From Octopus bimaculoides (lineage: Eukaryota), in the NCBI RefSeq assembly GCF_001194135.2, contig NC_068981.1, positions 162,555,306 through 162,619,305 of the forward strand: a stretch of 64,000 nt of DNA. Direction: 5' to 3'. Positions 1-12,228 of the stretch are shown in pieces (position 1 is the stretch's first letter; every line of letters starts with the position of its first letter). The notes beneath the pieces were generated by a model that worked only from the letters and a program-made list of their open reading frames with translations, was not told where the DNA came from and did not search any database. The translations under genes and the position numbers were made by a program.

Positions 1-436
1 CCATCACAACTGTTTGTTGTTGTTGTTGCTGTTGTTGTTGTAACAGAAATAGCTTACACCAACAACTGAAAGAAACCAATTTTCAAAAAAACCTCTCCAG
101 CCATGATAGTTTAACAGTATTAAAAATAGATGACAGGCATTAAGAATAAAAAATAAAAATAAAAATAAACAAGCATTCAAAAAAAAAATGCAAAAAGCAT
201 ACTCAATAGGCCTTCCCTTTTTTTTATGACCAATTTGGCATACAAAGATGCAGTTAATGGTTAAACAATGTCACTCTTGCAGAGAGAAATTCTGTCACGG
301 TTATTAGAATCTTAATAAAAGATATCCTGTCAAGAAACGTTCTGGCTTCAAAATATTGCTTCTTTGACTTGGTTTTGTATGCTTATATGATCGTTATCCT
401 GCTGTGTTATATAGTTCAAACTAATTAATTTCCCAG

Positions 437-471
437 CAGATAGTAACGTTGTCGTCTCTAGAATATTGCTG
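437..471 (+). CDS. Candidate small internal exon of an unidentified host gene (xDSNVVVSRILL)
   Basis: aatttcccAG acceptor at 435-436, GTAATT donor at 472, one open frame, and two CpGs in otherwise CpG-poor DNA. No homology recognised. Confidence 0.3.
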
Positions 472-574
472 GTAATTAACTGCTCTCTGTTATTTCATTG
501 AATTCATAAAAAGGCCTCATACACCTGAGATCAAACAAAATCCTTCATGCTAATGGAGAAACCTCTATGAGGTA

Positions 575-776
575 TCTCAAACTGTCAGAAGCAATGGCCT
601 TGACTCTCTCAAATAACATTACACCATTTTAAATAACAGGACACAATAAATTATGCAATCTGGGGCGCACAGTGATTAAAAAAAACGCATGGAGTTGGTC
701 ATTTCTGGAATGTCTTTGATCATAGGTCTTCTTGCCTGGTTGAGGCTAACCTGGGTCTGAACAACAACAAACGAAG
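575..776 (+). mobile_element. Old SINE-like repeat (family F), 3' part
   Basis: Motif ctggaatgtctttgatcataggtct...ctgg followed by a (CAA)n tail; recurs at about 3620-3805 and 54920-55230. Confidence 0.45.
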
Positions 777-1019
777 TAATCATACAAATGAACATTAGAT
801 TAATTTTTTTTTTTTTTTTTTTNNNNNNNNNNGACAGCCAGAGGAAGGAAGAATTGCCTCTGACCATTTTCTGGGCCTCCAAGATTGATAGGAAGAATGG
901 AGTAAGTTGGCTGCAAAACAGGGATCTGCCCAAAAACTTGCAAAAGCGCAAACTCCACCAAGAGCACCAAAGAGCCTAATAAGAGTACTAAACTCTATAT
1001 CAACAATAGCACTAATCTA

Positions 1020-1375
1020 CAAGGTGCATTCCAAAAGGTTTTAGACTTTTTCAGGAGGGACATTTATCAATTTCAAAGAAATACAAAACTCTAATCTCCT
1101 TCAAAGTAGGATTCTCTGACTTCACTGTACTTCCTGTAGCACTCTACCCACTTCGTGAAGGTCTCCATGGAAGTCCTCCAAACTGAAAGTATTCAGGCAC
1201 CTTGTCACATCTTCCACATCTTTTTGTTTCAGCTTGGGAAACAACAAAAAGTAATAGAGAGAAAGATCTGGACTGTAGGGATGATTAGAGAGAGTTTTGC
1301 TGCCTATCTCTGCCAAGTAGTTGGTCACTAGGATGGAACTGTGGACTGGGACATTATCTTGGTGCAGGTATCAGG
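1020..1375 (-). mobile_element. Mariner transposase 3' fragment with one TIR
   Basis: Minus-strand translation HQDNVPVH...HPYSPDLSLYYFLLFPKLK matches the mariner HHDNA/YSPDL motifs; flanking TA at 1018-1019. Confidence 0.8.
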
Positions 1376-1497
1376 TCTATTTTGCTAAACCACTAAGTTA
1401 CAGGGACATAAACATACCAATACCAGTTGTCAAGCAAACACAGACACAGAGACACACACACATTGATATATATATACATGTATATAAATAAAAAGAG

Positions 1498-1538
<41 letters not shown>

Positions 1539-2407
1539 TGAGGTGGTACCCAAAAGTAACCAGAAACGTTCTCTGTGGGACAAGCCCGTTGTAGTTCAGG
1601 TTTCTGTCACTAGCAGCTACTTGATGCAACCCTCAGGCATCAGAATACTGACTGGCAGCGACAGGTGTAATCCTACTGCCATGCAGTGCGTCTTTGTTTT
1701 GCAGAGCTTCTCCCCTGTTTGTCGAGTTTTGCGATGGCTAAAATGAAAGAAGTGCATGCTTCCATGAAATTCTGTTGTAATGCTTCAAACAGCTTACAAG
1801 GACGCTGCCATGAGCAAAACAAGTTTACAAGTGGTTTTCATGCTTTAGGAATGGTTACTTGTCGCTTGAAGACCAATATCGTTCAGGGCAACCATTGACC
1901 TCCCAAACGAATAAAAACATCATGAAAATTCATGAACTGATCTTGGAGAACCACCACCGAACAATTGACGAACTTGTTGATATAATTCATGTGTCCTGGA
2001 GCTCCTGCCAACGAATTTTGAGTGAGGAATTGTGAACGAAAAGAGTTACAACAAAATTTGTGCCCGCTTGCTCACGGAAGATCAAAAGCAGTCACGGCTG
2101 AATGCGTGTCGTGAACTGAAAAGAATAGTTGGAAGTTGATCCAGATCTTTTTTGAAGGTCATCACTGGTGATGAAAGCTGGTGCTACAGTATTTGCAGAT
2201 GTGGAAGAGGTGAAGAAAAAACTGATGGAAGCGTTAAAAGCATCACTTCGCAAAAGTTCCAGCACTGCTTCGAACAGTGGAAAACATGTCTGGACAATGA
2301 ATTGCTTCAAATGGAGAATACTTTGAAGGCAATAAAAGTGTAAACATGTAAAACTAAGTAAATAAAATAACATTGCAAAATACCGGTTTATTTTGAGTAC
2401 TCCCTCG
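1539..2407 (+). mobile_element. Internally deleted mariner element with both TIRs
   Basis: TA-flanked TIRs tgaggtggtacccaaaagtaaccagaa / taccggtttattttgagtactccctcg. Frameshifted transposase includes KVITGDESWCY and then jumps to the C-terminus. Flanked by (GATA)n on the left and (TACA)n on the right. Confidence 0.9.
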
Positions 2408-2435
2408 TACATACATACATACATACATACATACA

Positions 2436-2600
2436 CGACTGGTTTCTTTCAGTTTCCATCTACAAATCCACTCACAAATCTTTGGTTGGCCTGAGATTAT
2501 AATTGAAAACACTTGCCCAAGGTACCATGCAGTAGGACTGAACCTGGAACCATGTGGCTGGGAAGCAAACTTCTTACCACACAGCCATGTTTGCACCTAT
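2436..2600 (-). mobile_element. SINE family A, 5' module only
   Basis: tRNA-like head plus ccttgggcaagtgt...gtagatggaaactgaaagaa, homologous to the full copy at 17988-18393. Confidence 0.85.
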
Positions 2601-3619
2601 GCCATGCCTGAAATTGCTCTGTTTTATTTTTAGATTTAATATATCTAAACTCACAATATCCAATGTGCCCTTTCATTTTTCATATGATCAAAGTGTAATC
2701 TGATGGAAATTTGGCTGCCTTGTCTAGCAGATCAAGCTTCCTTATTTGCCTAAGTATACAATAGTAAAATAGCCAAGTATATTTCTGAAACAGCTGTATG
2801 ATTAACATACCATACTTTTGGCTCCGGAAATTATGGTTTCGAATCCAGTGCACACATGTCTTTGTGCTTTTATGAAGGATATCAAATTCTATATTATTGT
2901 ATTCCATGAATCAGAGAGGAATAACTAACAGACACTTCTAGAAAGGGTTATTTAGGATAGTCTTTTATCTTTTACAGAGAAAGATTCACCACTTATTTAC
3001 TTACCACAACAGAAACCAAGGCTGAGCCTTGTGAATATTTTGTGATATTATCTTTTTTTTTTTTTTTTGAGAATCGCCTTATTTTTTCCCCCATTACAGT
3101 TTTAAAGCTTTCTTCCTTGCATCCATGAAAAGCTCTATAGATTTTTCTCATCTCTTAAATTTAATTAAACAAAGATGCAATAAAGATTCTAACATTAATA
3201 ATTTTTTCATAAAGAAATCAATTAAGACTGATTTGTGTCAGTCTGCACAAGAACAATGGAAGTTTGCCCTACTATGCATCAATGTCTAGACTGATGTTAT
3301 GGATAAAATGATGGGGATATTTATTCAATGAAGTGAAGAGAAAAAAGTCAACTCAATATACATGTCTCTGTTTGAAATTAACACTGGGAGATTTTCTACT
3401 TAATTAATTTCACCAAAGAAATGATACTACCGGAGAATATGATTAGCAAATTTCCCTGTACTATCATATAATTAATATGACTTACTAATGTTTTCTAAGA
3501 TGTCTACAGATGAAAATCATTTATCTCTTCATCTGTATACTTTTCAGATATATTAGGAATATTCATCAGCTTAATACAAGCTTCCATAATGAACAGCAAA
3601 GTGATAAGATTACCCAATG

Positions 3620-3805
3620 GTTGCTCTATCTATATTTGCAGCCAAATTTCACTCAAATGACATTATAGTATTTTCTTTTTTTTAAAAAAAGGACATGCTA
3701 CATAATGCAGTCCCAGATGCATTATCTGGAAAGATAAAGATTGGATGATTATGGTTGGAATGTCTTTGTTCATCAACCTGTTTGATCAGGGCTGATCTAG
3801 GGTTT
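3620..3805 (+). mobile_element. SINE-like family F copy
   Basis: Similar to 575-776 and 54920-55230. Confidence 0.4.
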
Positions 3806-3871
3806 GACTTCTGTTATAATTCCACTCATATTTAGAATGCCATGTTGGAATATTAAATCAACCCCATTTAC

Positions 3872-4096
3872 TAACCCTCTTGTTACCATATTTCTGCTGA
3901 AATTCGCTGCCTTCATTGTAATTACTTTTGAAAATAACAAAGAATTCAGTAAAATATTTTTATCATTGTTAAGCTGGTGTCTGGAACATAACGTGACATT
4001 TTTGTGGATAAGGCTTTAATTCAAATCACTTTAAACAGGAAGTTTGCCTCATAAAACCAGGAACAGTTTCAGACAGATTGGTATCAAAAGAATTAA
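3872..4096. mobile_element. piggyBac-type MITE (TTAA/CCCT family 1)
   Basis: Ends taaccctcttgttacca ... tggtatcaaaagaattaa; reverse-orientation homologue of 8553-8775. Confidence 0.7.
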
Positions 4097-4200
4097 GCTG
4101 GTACTTTCTTTTATTGCATACTGGATAGATGAAAGGCAAGATAGATCTTTACATTCTGAACTCAGAATGTAAAGATCCATAACTAAAAATCACAGACATG
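4097..4200 (-). mobile_element. Degenerate SINE family C fragment containing a 16-bp-arm palindrome
   Basis: ctggtac...gatgaaaggcaa...tgaactcagaatgtaaaga matches family C. Confidence 0.6.
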
Positions 4201-4559
4201 TCCAATATTCTACCAATGAAGAAATTATAAGAAATGGGTAAATTCTAGACTTAAATGACTTACAGAATGTTCATGCAATTTCCAAAATTCTATGTTCTGA
4301 TTTTATAAATCCTGAAAAGGTCAACATTAATCTTTAACCAAGATAATCCATACTACTAGTTTGACAAAATGGTTCTGATAAAATGTAGGGTTACTTTTAC
4401 TTATTTAGTCCCTTTGCTCTCTATGGAGAATTGGCCAACAAAGGCGTTTCTCCCCTGTTCTCTTTTCCCTAGGGGAAGGCCTTCTTCTCCCAGGTCTTGC
4501 TGGTTTTTGCATTGTTATTGATAAACTGTCACTTTGGTTTTGTTTTGTTTTTTCTAAGC

Positions 4560-4730
4560 AGGGGTATTGGCCTTACACAAACTCATTTTTACCACTGGGA
4601 AGAGGTGGTCCATATTAGTCTGGCCTCTATCCTTTGACTTGTTCAGCATCATAGGCCCTGCCAGAAGCTTGTGCTCTGCTGACATAACTCTTAGGGTCAT
4701 TAGAGCATACAAGCCACCACAACAAAGACT
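4560..4730 (-). mobile_element. Probable RTE-clade LINE 5' UTR remnant
   Basis: Minus strand cagggcctatgatgctgaacaagtcaaaggatagaggccagactaa resembles RTE 5' UTR leaders (from memory). Confidence 0.35.
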
Positions 4731-5559
4731 GGACTTTGTGTTGGAATATTCAGAGTACTGTTCCTTAAACTCCAACCTCTACTCTAAATAAATAATATTT
4801 GCTTTGTCTGATAAAGAAACAAGTATTCGTAGTCTCTTACTTCCAATAGGCATGGCTGCATGGTTAAGAAGTCCACTTTGGTGGTGGCGGTGGCAGCGGA
4901 GGCGGCGGTGACNNNNNNNNNNNNNNNNNNNNNNNNNNNNNNNNNNNNNNNNNNNNNNNNNNNNNNNNNNNNNNNNNNNNNNNNNNNNNNNNNNNNNNNN
5001 NNNNNNNNNNNNNNNNNNNNNNNNNNNNNNNNNNNNNNNNNNNNNNNNNNNNNNNNNNNNNNNNNNNNNNNNNNNNNNNNNNNNNNNNNNNNNNNNNNNN
5101 NNNNNNNNNNNNNNNNNNNNNNNNNNNNNNNNNNNNNNNNNNNNNNNNNNNNNNNNNNNNNNNNNNNNNNNNNNNNNNNNNNNNNNNNNNNNNNNNNNNN
5201 NNNNNNNNNNNNNNNNNNNNNNNNNNNNNNNNNACAGTCATAGGAAATGCATATATGGATGCACATACATACACATACAGCTTAGATAGATGAATACACA
5301 TACACAGATTTCATACTGTTTTGTTTTGTTTTTCTTTTATCCATTGGGTGTGGAGGAAGGAGTAGTACCCATAGTTTTGTAGGCCTTTCTACATTTCTAG
5401 TTTGGGTGTATAAATACACATGTACAGTAATAGGAAATGGATATAATGATGCACATATAACTTGGGTACATATACAGAATTCAGTGTTTTATTTTGTTTT
5501 TTTACACTTGCTGTGCATGCAGTCTCTCCAAAACCAGTGACGTTAATACCAGTAATATT

Positions 5560-6330
5560 CCATCAAATATTAACAAGTAAACACCTGTAGAAAAGGTGTA
5601 AAAGGTGTAAAAGGTGTAAGCAGGAAGGGGATTGCAAAAAAGACGATGTTTGAGAAAGAAAGGATTAAACATAGGAGTGCCAGTGCCGCTGGACTGGTTC
5701 TTGTGCAGGTGGCATGTAAAATACACCATTTTGAGCATGGCCGTTGCCAGTACCACCTGACTGGCCTTCGTGCCGGTGGCACATAAAAGCACCCACTACA
5801 CTCTCGGAGTAGTTGGCATTAGGAAGGGCATCCAGCTGTAGAAACTCTGCCAAATCAGATTGGAGCCTGGTGTAGCCATCTGGTTCACCAGTCCTCAGTC
5901 AAATCGTCCAACCCATGCTAGCACAGAAAGCGGACGTTAAACGATGATGATGATGATGATGATTAGTGCAAGATCTTGAGGCATTTGAGACTAAAAGGTT
6001 GGTTAGAAGAGAAGAGATGAACGGGACAGGAATGAATGAGTGAAGAGTGATAAGAGCTCAGCCAACTCCAAGAAATAAAAGCTATTATAGCTGTAGTAGA
6101 AAAGAAAAAGAGAGAGGAGAGAGTACATTCATGGGCCAGAGGCTGGAGAATGTCTGTGAGTGATTTTTTTGCTAGTCAGGTTGGTGGCCCTTTTCTAAAT
6201 GTCATGTGGGATGTCCGTGCTTGCAGCATCATTTAATATGGTGGGGCAATAAATACTCCCTTGGAGGCTTCATTTGAACCTTATAGAGTACCAGTAATTG
6301 TTGTGGGCTGAAGGATCTTCTGATGTAAAG
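5560..6330 (-). mobile_element. Degenerate CR1/L2-type LINE ORF2 C-terminus, split by an RTE tail insertion
   Basis: Minus strand LQPLAHECTLSSLFFFYYSYN...ELAEL, continuing past the insertion as SRSCT/PMFNPFFLKHRLFCNPLPAYTF; resembles the LQPLAHRR..SLFY..FFPRTSRLWNSLP signature. Confidence 0.55.
5678..5963 (+). mobile_element. RTE LINE 3' UTR copy (family D)
   Basis: gttggcattaggaagggcatccagctgtagaaactctgcc...ggacgttaaac(gat)n, same design as 15215-15481. Confidence 0.85.
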
Positions 6331-6400
6331 AAAAGAACCATTTGCTGGGATGCAGTCAGAACTATGTTAAGGATGTGTGTGTGTGTTTGTGCGTGTGTAT

Positions 6401-6652
6401 AGAAAGTGCATGGTTTAGTTGTTAAGGTAATTAGGGTAATGAGTTTAATTTCTGGGGGCACATTGTGTCCTTGAGCAAAACACTTATAGGCAAAAATGAG
6501 TTGTACCTATAATTCACAGGGTTGGCCTTGTCACATTCATTCAGGGTGCACATGTCTCGAGTGCTCAGCTACTTGCATGTTAACTTCATAAGCAGGTTGT
6601 TCTGTTGATCGGATCAACTGGAACCCTCATCGTCATAACTGATGGAGTGCCA
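6401..6652 (+). mobile_element. SINE family B, head variant B1 (CORE-like)
   Basis: tgtccttgagcaaaacactt followed by the family-B tail ggatcaactggaaccctc...ggagtgcca. Confidence 0.75.
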
Positions 6653-6654
6653 TT

Positions 6655-6690
<36 letters not shown>

Positions 6691-6859
6691 CATGATGTAT
6701 GTTCACACACACACAAGCAACCAGTTTCTGCAGAGTTTTCGTCTCCCTAATTCCACTCACAACAATTGCAGAAGACATTTACTGAAAGAGCATTGCAGTA
6801 GAATTTCATCAGGAAATGCGTAAGTGCAGAGCAAACTCATAATTACACACCCATATCCC

Positions 6860-6875
6860 TATACTTATATTTATA

Positions 6876-6934
<59 letters not shown>

Positions 6935-6946
6935 NNNNNNNNNNNN

Positions 6947-6979
<33 letters not shown>

Positions 6980-7112
6980 GTATATATATGTATACATGCA
7001 TCTATGCATATATATTTATATATACATATATATATATATGCACATATATAAACATATATATACATATATACATACACACACTAACACACACATATATGTA
7101 CATATATATATA

Positions 7113-7167
<55 letters not shown>

Positions 7168-7170
7168 TCA
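6860..7170. repeat. Compound (TA)n/(CA)n/(TG)n microsatellite block containing a short gap
   Basis: Directly visible. Similar blocks occur at about 21620-21810 (with (CAT)n), 23250-23555, 36030-36580, 44880-45330, 45880-46090, 58320-58410 and 59300-59380. Confidence 0.95.
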
Positions 7171-7648
7171 TTTAGTCACTAAATAAATAAAATTATGAGA
7201 ACCATAGAACTTGATAAAAAGAATTCCAATACCAGCTTATAGGAAGACCTTGGTAATCCAATATCTACTTTCCAGATATTGGATTACTGGTTAGAATCCA
7301 ATATGTGGTATACAGTAGTTAACAAAATTTATTACAATAATTAAAATACATTTTTTCAATTGTTATTCTCTGGCTGCCTTCATTAAATACTGAACCTTAA
7401 ATAAAGAGAATATAATTAAGGTGAAAAAAGTAATTATATACTTCAGCAGAATTAAATTTCCATAATTGAGTAAGAACTATAGTGGAAACTTTGGAAAACC
7501 AGAAGAGCAACACATCTGGTACTTAATCCATATGCTAACGTTGACTTAATATAATTGACATTACTAGAAGATAAATTTAAACAGATAATTGTATATAGCT
7601 TCGTGGTGGCCTAATGGAAAAGAACATCATCAGTTTAAATTAAGCTAA

Positions 7649-7698
<50 letters not shown>

Positions 7699-8203
7699 AT
7701 ATGCACATAAGTGAGAAAGCCATGAAAAAAAATACATGCTTTTCAAATAGAAATAACCTGAATGGTATTTGTTCTGTCCAAGTTGTACAGATAATCTTTT
7801 GTGGCTGTCACTATTAGAAATGCAGTGACATAGTGATTGGTCTATTGAAAACCTATATTTAACAACACCAATTCTTCATAAAATGCCAGATACAAAATTA
7901 AATACACATATTATGAAGTAGGGAAATGTGCCAAACAACAAACTTTCCCTAGCATGAAGATATTGATTTCTGCTGACTACAAGAGTGCCATCCACTCCCA
8001 AACAGGCCTGGGCTTCTGGACAAAGAAGCTACTTGAAGTGAAACTGGAAGTGATAGATAATTAGGAAAGACTTTTGACAGTGTACAATCGTTGGAGTGAT
8101 GAGAACAGATAACTGCCGCTTGAACCTGTTGGCACAATTCTGAGTGTTTCATGCTCTGCAAAACACAGAACGTTGTAAATCAAAGGAAATCTTATTAGTT
8201 CTT

Positions 8204-8335
8204 TTAACCCTTTCGCTACCAACCTGCTTGAGATCACCCCTGGTCCTGTAATAGAAACTTTCTGTTTTAAAGTGATCTAAATTAAAACCTTCCGTCAAAA
8301 TTTCATGTTAATTTGTTCCAAATAAAAAGGTTTTA
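8204..8335. mobile_element. Partial piggyBac-type MITE
   Basis: Starts TTAA-ccctttcgctacca; internal similarity to 8553-8775. Confidence 0.55.
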
Positions 8336-8339
8336 AAGG

Positions 8340-8548
8340 TTCAAATTCTGGCACTAGGCCAGCAATTTAGGGGCAGGGTATAAGTCAATTACATTGACCA
8401 CAGCGTTCAACTGGTGCTCATTTTATCGACCTCAAAGGATTAAATGCAAAGTTGACCTCAACAGAATTTGAACTTAGAATATATAGATGGGCAAAATGCC
8501 ATCCTAGCATTTAGCTCAGTGTGTTAATGATTCTGGCAATTCACTACC
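8340..8548 (-). mobile_element. SINE family C
   Basis: ttatcgacctcaaagga...gcaaagttgacctc...gaatttgaactt...ttaatgattctggc, homologous to 26345-26558. Confidence 0.8.
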
Positions 8549-8552
8549 TTAA

Positions 8553-8775
8553 CCCTTTTGATACCAATCCAGATCAAACTGCCTCTGGCTCTGTAGTACA
8601 AATGTCTTGTTTTCATAAGTTTTGAATTAAGATCTTCCCCAAACCTTAGTCACAATTTATGTTTCTAACACTAGCTTAATGATAACCCTAAGTTATTTTA
8701 CTAAATTCTTTGTTATATTTAAAATCAATTGAAAGAAATATAGAGCATCTCAAATTAAATATGGTAACAAAAGGG
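8553..8775. mobile_element. piggyBac-type MITE (family 1), complete
   Basis: TTAA (8549-8552) + CCCTTTTGATACCA ... TGGTAACAAAAGGG + TTAA (8776-8779). A second partial right end follows, to 8887. Confidence 0.85.
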
Positions 8776-8889
8776 TTAAATGCCAAGGAAATAATGCCAG
8801 TTATTTTACTAAATTCTCTATTATTTTCAAAATTAATTGAAATAATGGCAGCGTATTTGAAGAGAAACATGGTAACAAAAAGGTTAATT

Positions 8890-9110
8890 CTGCTTGGCTT
8901 CCTCCTCTCAGACACTAGCAACCCTTTTGTCTTTCCACCTCTTATCTCTCTTGTTGTATCCAACACATCCCAAAGCCCTACACCAAGCCCTGTTCTTCCT
9001 CCCCAGATCATCAGCCCTCTCGAATTTTCTCCCCACCCATGTTTCTATTGTAAGTGTTAACCTCAACAGTTTAAACAGAACATTAACAACATCGAGCTCT
9101 CATGTCTGGA
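8890..9110 (+). mobile_element. CR1/L2-type LINE ORF2 C-terminal fragment
   Basis: ORF 8894-9121 contains LFFLPRSSALSNFLPTHVSIVSVNLNSLNR, resembling FFPRTSALWNSLPTHVFP. Confidence 0.5.
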
Positions 9111-9375
9111 AAGGCCTGTAAGATCATGGGCAATACTTCTTTCCCCACACTCCACAAGCAGGTAAAAAAATATACGTACAAATTCAGGTGTAGCTGTCTG
9201 ATTGAGAGGCTCACTTTGAAATTGCACAATTTCAGTCAGGTTCAGTCCTACTCTGCTGCATCTTGAGCTTATGAGTGGCTTATGAGTGAATTTGATAGAT
9301 GGAAGTTGTACAGAAGCCTATCATTCATATACATGTATATATATATTTATATATTTGTGTGTGTATGTATGTATA

Positions 9376-9545
9376 TATTGGGTCATCCCATAAATAATGC
9401 AGTGTTTTCAATTGCATGAACTAAAAGTTGGAGGGGTCAGGATAAACTACATGCACCAACTTGCTATAAAAGCAGGTAGTAATTTTACCTAGTACTTATT
9501 CTTAGTATATGTTTTGAAGAGTACAGTTCGATTTTTACAGTTTTT
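9376..9545 (+). mobile_element. Mariner-type 5' terminal fragment
   Basis: Starts tattgggtcatcccataaataatgc after a (TA) tract, a typical mariner TIR design. Confidence 0.5.
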
Positions 9546-9589
9546 TTTTTTTTCAAAGCTATAATGGATGTATATGAATACATCTAAAG

Positions 9590-9697
9590 CAAAATTATTT
9601 TTCAAGAGCCCTTAAAATACTATTTTGTTATGTGGATCCCTAAAAATCTTATATAGACCCTTAGGAGCCATATGGGTCCCAGTTGAAAAACACTGAC
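9590..9697. mobile_element. hAT-Charlie-type MITE, right-end fragment
   Basis: gtggatccct...ggtcccagttgaaaaacactg, homologous to the end of 53540-53814. Confidence 0.55.
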
Positions 9698-9701
9698 TTA
9701 A

Positions 9702-9917
9702 CCCTTTAGCATTTAAACCAGCCACATCCAGCCAAAATATTCTGTTTTATTATCAATCTGGCCAGATCTGGCCTCTCACATCAACCCTACAACATCATTC
9801 TAAAAATTGACAGTTACCTCTTCAAAATCTCAAAGCTACAAGATAATGCATGAGTTATTCAAAACAATGAGAATAAAAAAGCAATACTTCTGACAAAATA
9901 ATGTGAATGTTAAAGGG
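9702..9917. mobile_element. piggyBac-type MITE (family 2), complete
   Basis: TTAA-CCCTTTAGCAT ... ATGTTAAAGGG-TTAA; homologues at 11798-12024 and 54504-54726. Confidence 0.85.
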
Positions 9918-10399
9918 TTAAATTATTTTCTTCAGAGTCAACCGCAAATACAAAAATAGGAAAAAATTGTTTTCTGCCTAAGAGTTATAATTGCAGTTAA
10001 AGGAAAGTCTCCATGGAATTGATTCACAATAATAAATATAACACAAATTAATCAAAGACCTAGTTTTTGATGGTGTAAAATTCCTGATAATATTGTTTTT
10101 TTTTTATTTTATCAAAGATTTGTTTTCCAAAAAAATCTTAAAATTCTTGATTCTTTATCAGATTTCAAAACTCACACAAAAAGAAAAGAAAGGAATGATA
10201 AATCATCTCACTAAATGCCTAACAGTATATAGTTTCATACTTTGGTATTCTGTATTCAAATGTTGCACAATTCAGATTTGCCTTGAATTCTTCCAGCTTG
10301 ATACTGGCAATGAACTCAAGTAAAACCCACTAAATGGCCATATGATTGAAAACTTTGTCTTGTAATCATTGGTTTTTGGTTCAGTTCCATGGCATGGAA

Positions 10400-10975
10400 C
10401 AAACATGCAGAGTGCACTGGCAAGACTTTTTGACAGAACCAATATTTCAGTCTTCATAACATTAATTCTTATGTCTTCCTTGCAGCACTCAGCAGCGAAC
10501 TTATTCAGTGCATATTGGAGATTACATTCTGATAAGCCAAGTAGTATCATGTCTGCAAATATCAGCCAACCAATTGTGATACCAATTCTACAACAGCTGC
10601 ACATGTCAATCCAGTTTATAAAAATTATGAAATGGAGAGACTACAATACATACCCAGACTGAAAGGTTTCAACTTATCATCATTTACCCAAGCACAAACA
10701 TATGGGCATTCATATAGGGACTTCACAGAAACCAGAAGTTGTTCATTAGCCCCAAACTCCTGTAAAACTCTCCAAGGCATGTCCTGCGGCATGCAGTCAT
10801 ATGTCTTTTCAAAGTCTACAAAGCAAACATACACCACTTGGTAATTTTCCCACAATTTCTTGATGACATAGCAAGTGAATATCTGGTTGCTTCTGTTTTG
10901 CAAGCTTGGATTCAACATTCTCCCGATATCTACTTTCCAGAAACCTGGCATAAACTTTACTGGGAAGCTCAACAA
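10400..10975 (-). mobile_element. RTE-clade reverse transcriptase fragment
   Basis: ORF-track peptides NQIFT...VYVCFVDFEKTYDCMP...VKSLY and LIFADMILL...INVMKTE are decayed RT motifs (FVDLEKAYD, FADD). Confidence 0.85.
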
Positions 10976-11797
10976 GGAGATTTCTCTATAATTAGGGCAC
11001 TTTCTTTTGTCGCCCTTTTTAAAAATTGGGGATTATCACTGTAACAGAGCTATGTATAAACTGCATGGCTTAGTATGCTGAGGCATGATTAAACTGATAC
11101 CAGTTCTTGTTTACTTAATTTTTCAGACTATTTTCTCTTAGCTTCTATTGAGATTAAATTCTCAGAAAGAATATCTTGTATGCCACAGAAAATTTGGCTG
11201 TCTAAAACTTAGATGAGAAAAATTGGCAAAGAAAGAAGTGAAGAAATGCTGCAGTATTGCAATGACTCAATGCCTTTCATAATTTTCCCTTGCTGCATAA
11301 AAGGAAAAATTATAAGCTAATGAAACTAGCCACACTCACAAGTACATCTACTCAGCTTATTGAAGATGAAGAATCACCACATCCAACTGACATGAATAGT
11401 GAAGCACCATCTTGGGAGCTAGACCCAGCCATGTGATTTTCTGCCAGAGAAAAGTATTTAACCATGTTCTTTAAGTCAAAATCAGCTATTCTCTTATTTA
11501 GCCCATCAAAGGGTGCAGTTTATTATTTTTATTGTGTACATTGATGTCAAGCTGATGTGTTAGGTTTTCCAACAAGGATGGCTTTAAACATTGGAAAAAA
11601 ATCAGAGGAAGAAATAAAGACACATGAACAAAGCCAAAACAGCAGAGATTCTGTGTTGCTGTTCAATATTTTACGTAAGGAATCTTCTCATGCAAACAGG
11701 GAATTGGAAAAACAAGTGCAGGAAAACAAGAAATACTGGACTGATGCATAGTATTTTGTTGTGGCTTATTTCTAGCTGAGAGACATCTGGCATTTAG

Positions 11798-12024
11798 CCC
11801 TTTAATATTTAAACTGGCTATATCCAGCCAAAATATTTTACCTGCTTTATATTATATATTGAAACTGGTCTGGTCTTGTTTCTCACACCTACCCTACACT
11901 GTAAGTGTAGAAATAAACAAATTATATCATCAAATTCTTGAAGTTACAAGATAATGCATGATTAGCTAAAAACAATGTGAATAAATAAGCATTACATTTG
12001 ACAAAGTAATCTGAGCACTAAAGG
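11798..12024. mobile_element. piggyBac-type MITE (family 2) inserted in the hAT gene
   Basis: TTAG duplicated at 11794-11797 and 12025-12028. Removing the insert restores ctggcatttagaaatagt (LAFRNS). Confidence 0.8.
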
Positions 12025-12228
12025 TTAGAAATAGTGAAGAGATCATAAGATCCAAGCACAATGGGTGTGTTTTTTAGGAATTATGGAACTTACTGCACAA
12101 TACAATCCATTACTGATGGGTCATTTAAAAGCATCTGGCAATCCTGGAAGTGGTATGCCATCATACTTATCACCTACCATTTACAAAGAAATTGTTGTGT
12201 TGAATGCAAAATATGTAAATCATATTAT

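Noticed and set aside
2655-2699. 45-nt minus-strand exon (LHFDHMKNERAHWI) with a GTGAGT donor
   Set aside because: It overlaps an equally plausible plus-strand candidate (2634-2692), and sequence alone cannot decide between them.
4880-4912. GC-rich (GGT/GGC)n run as a coding poly-Ala/Pro tract
   Set aside because: It is 33 bp at a gap edge directly after a SINE head fragment, with no splice or ORF support.
6809-7182. ORF-track entries rich in YI/HT/CV repeats (also near 23145, 35789, 44870, 45882, 57217 and 59228)
   Set aside because: They are translations of (TA)n/(CA)n/(TACA)n microsatellites or are held open by N-gaps.
7570-7645. Hammerhead-like CTGATGA...GAAGC on the minus strand
   Set aside because: GAAA is broken, there is no helix II and no correctly placed NUH. 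At best a decayed relic.
7949-8156. Minus-strand terminal exon after a gttttgcAG acceptor
   Set aside because: There is no good donor, no recognisable peptide and no partner exon, and it conflicts with the plus-strand candidates. Left unresolved.
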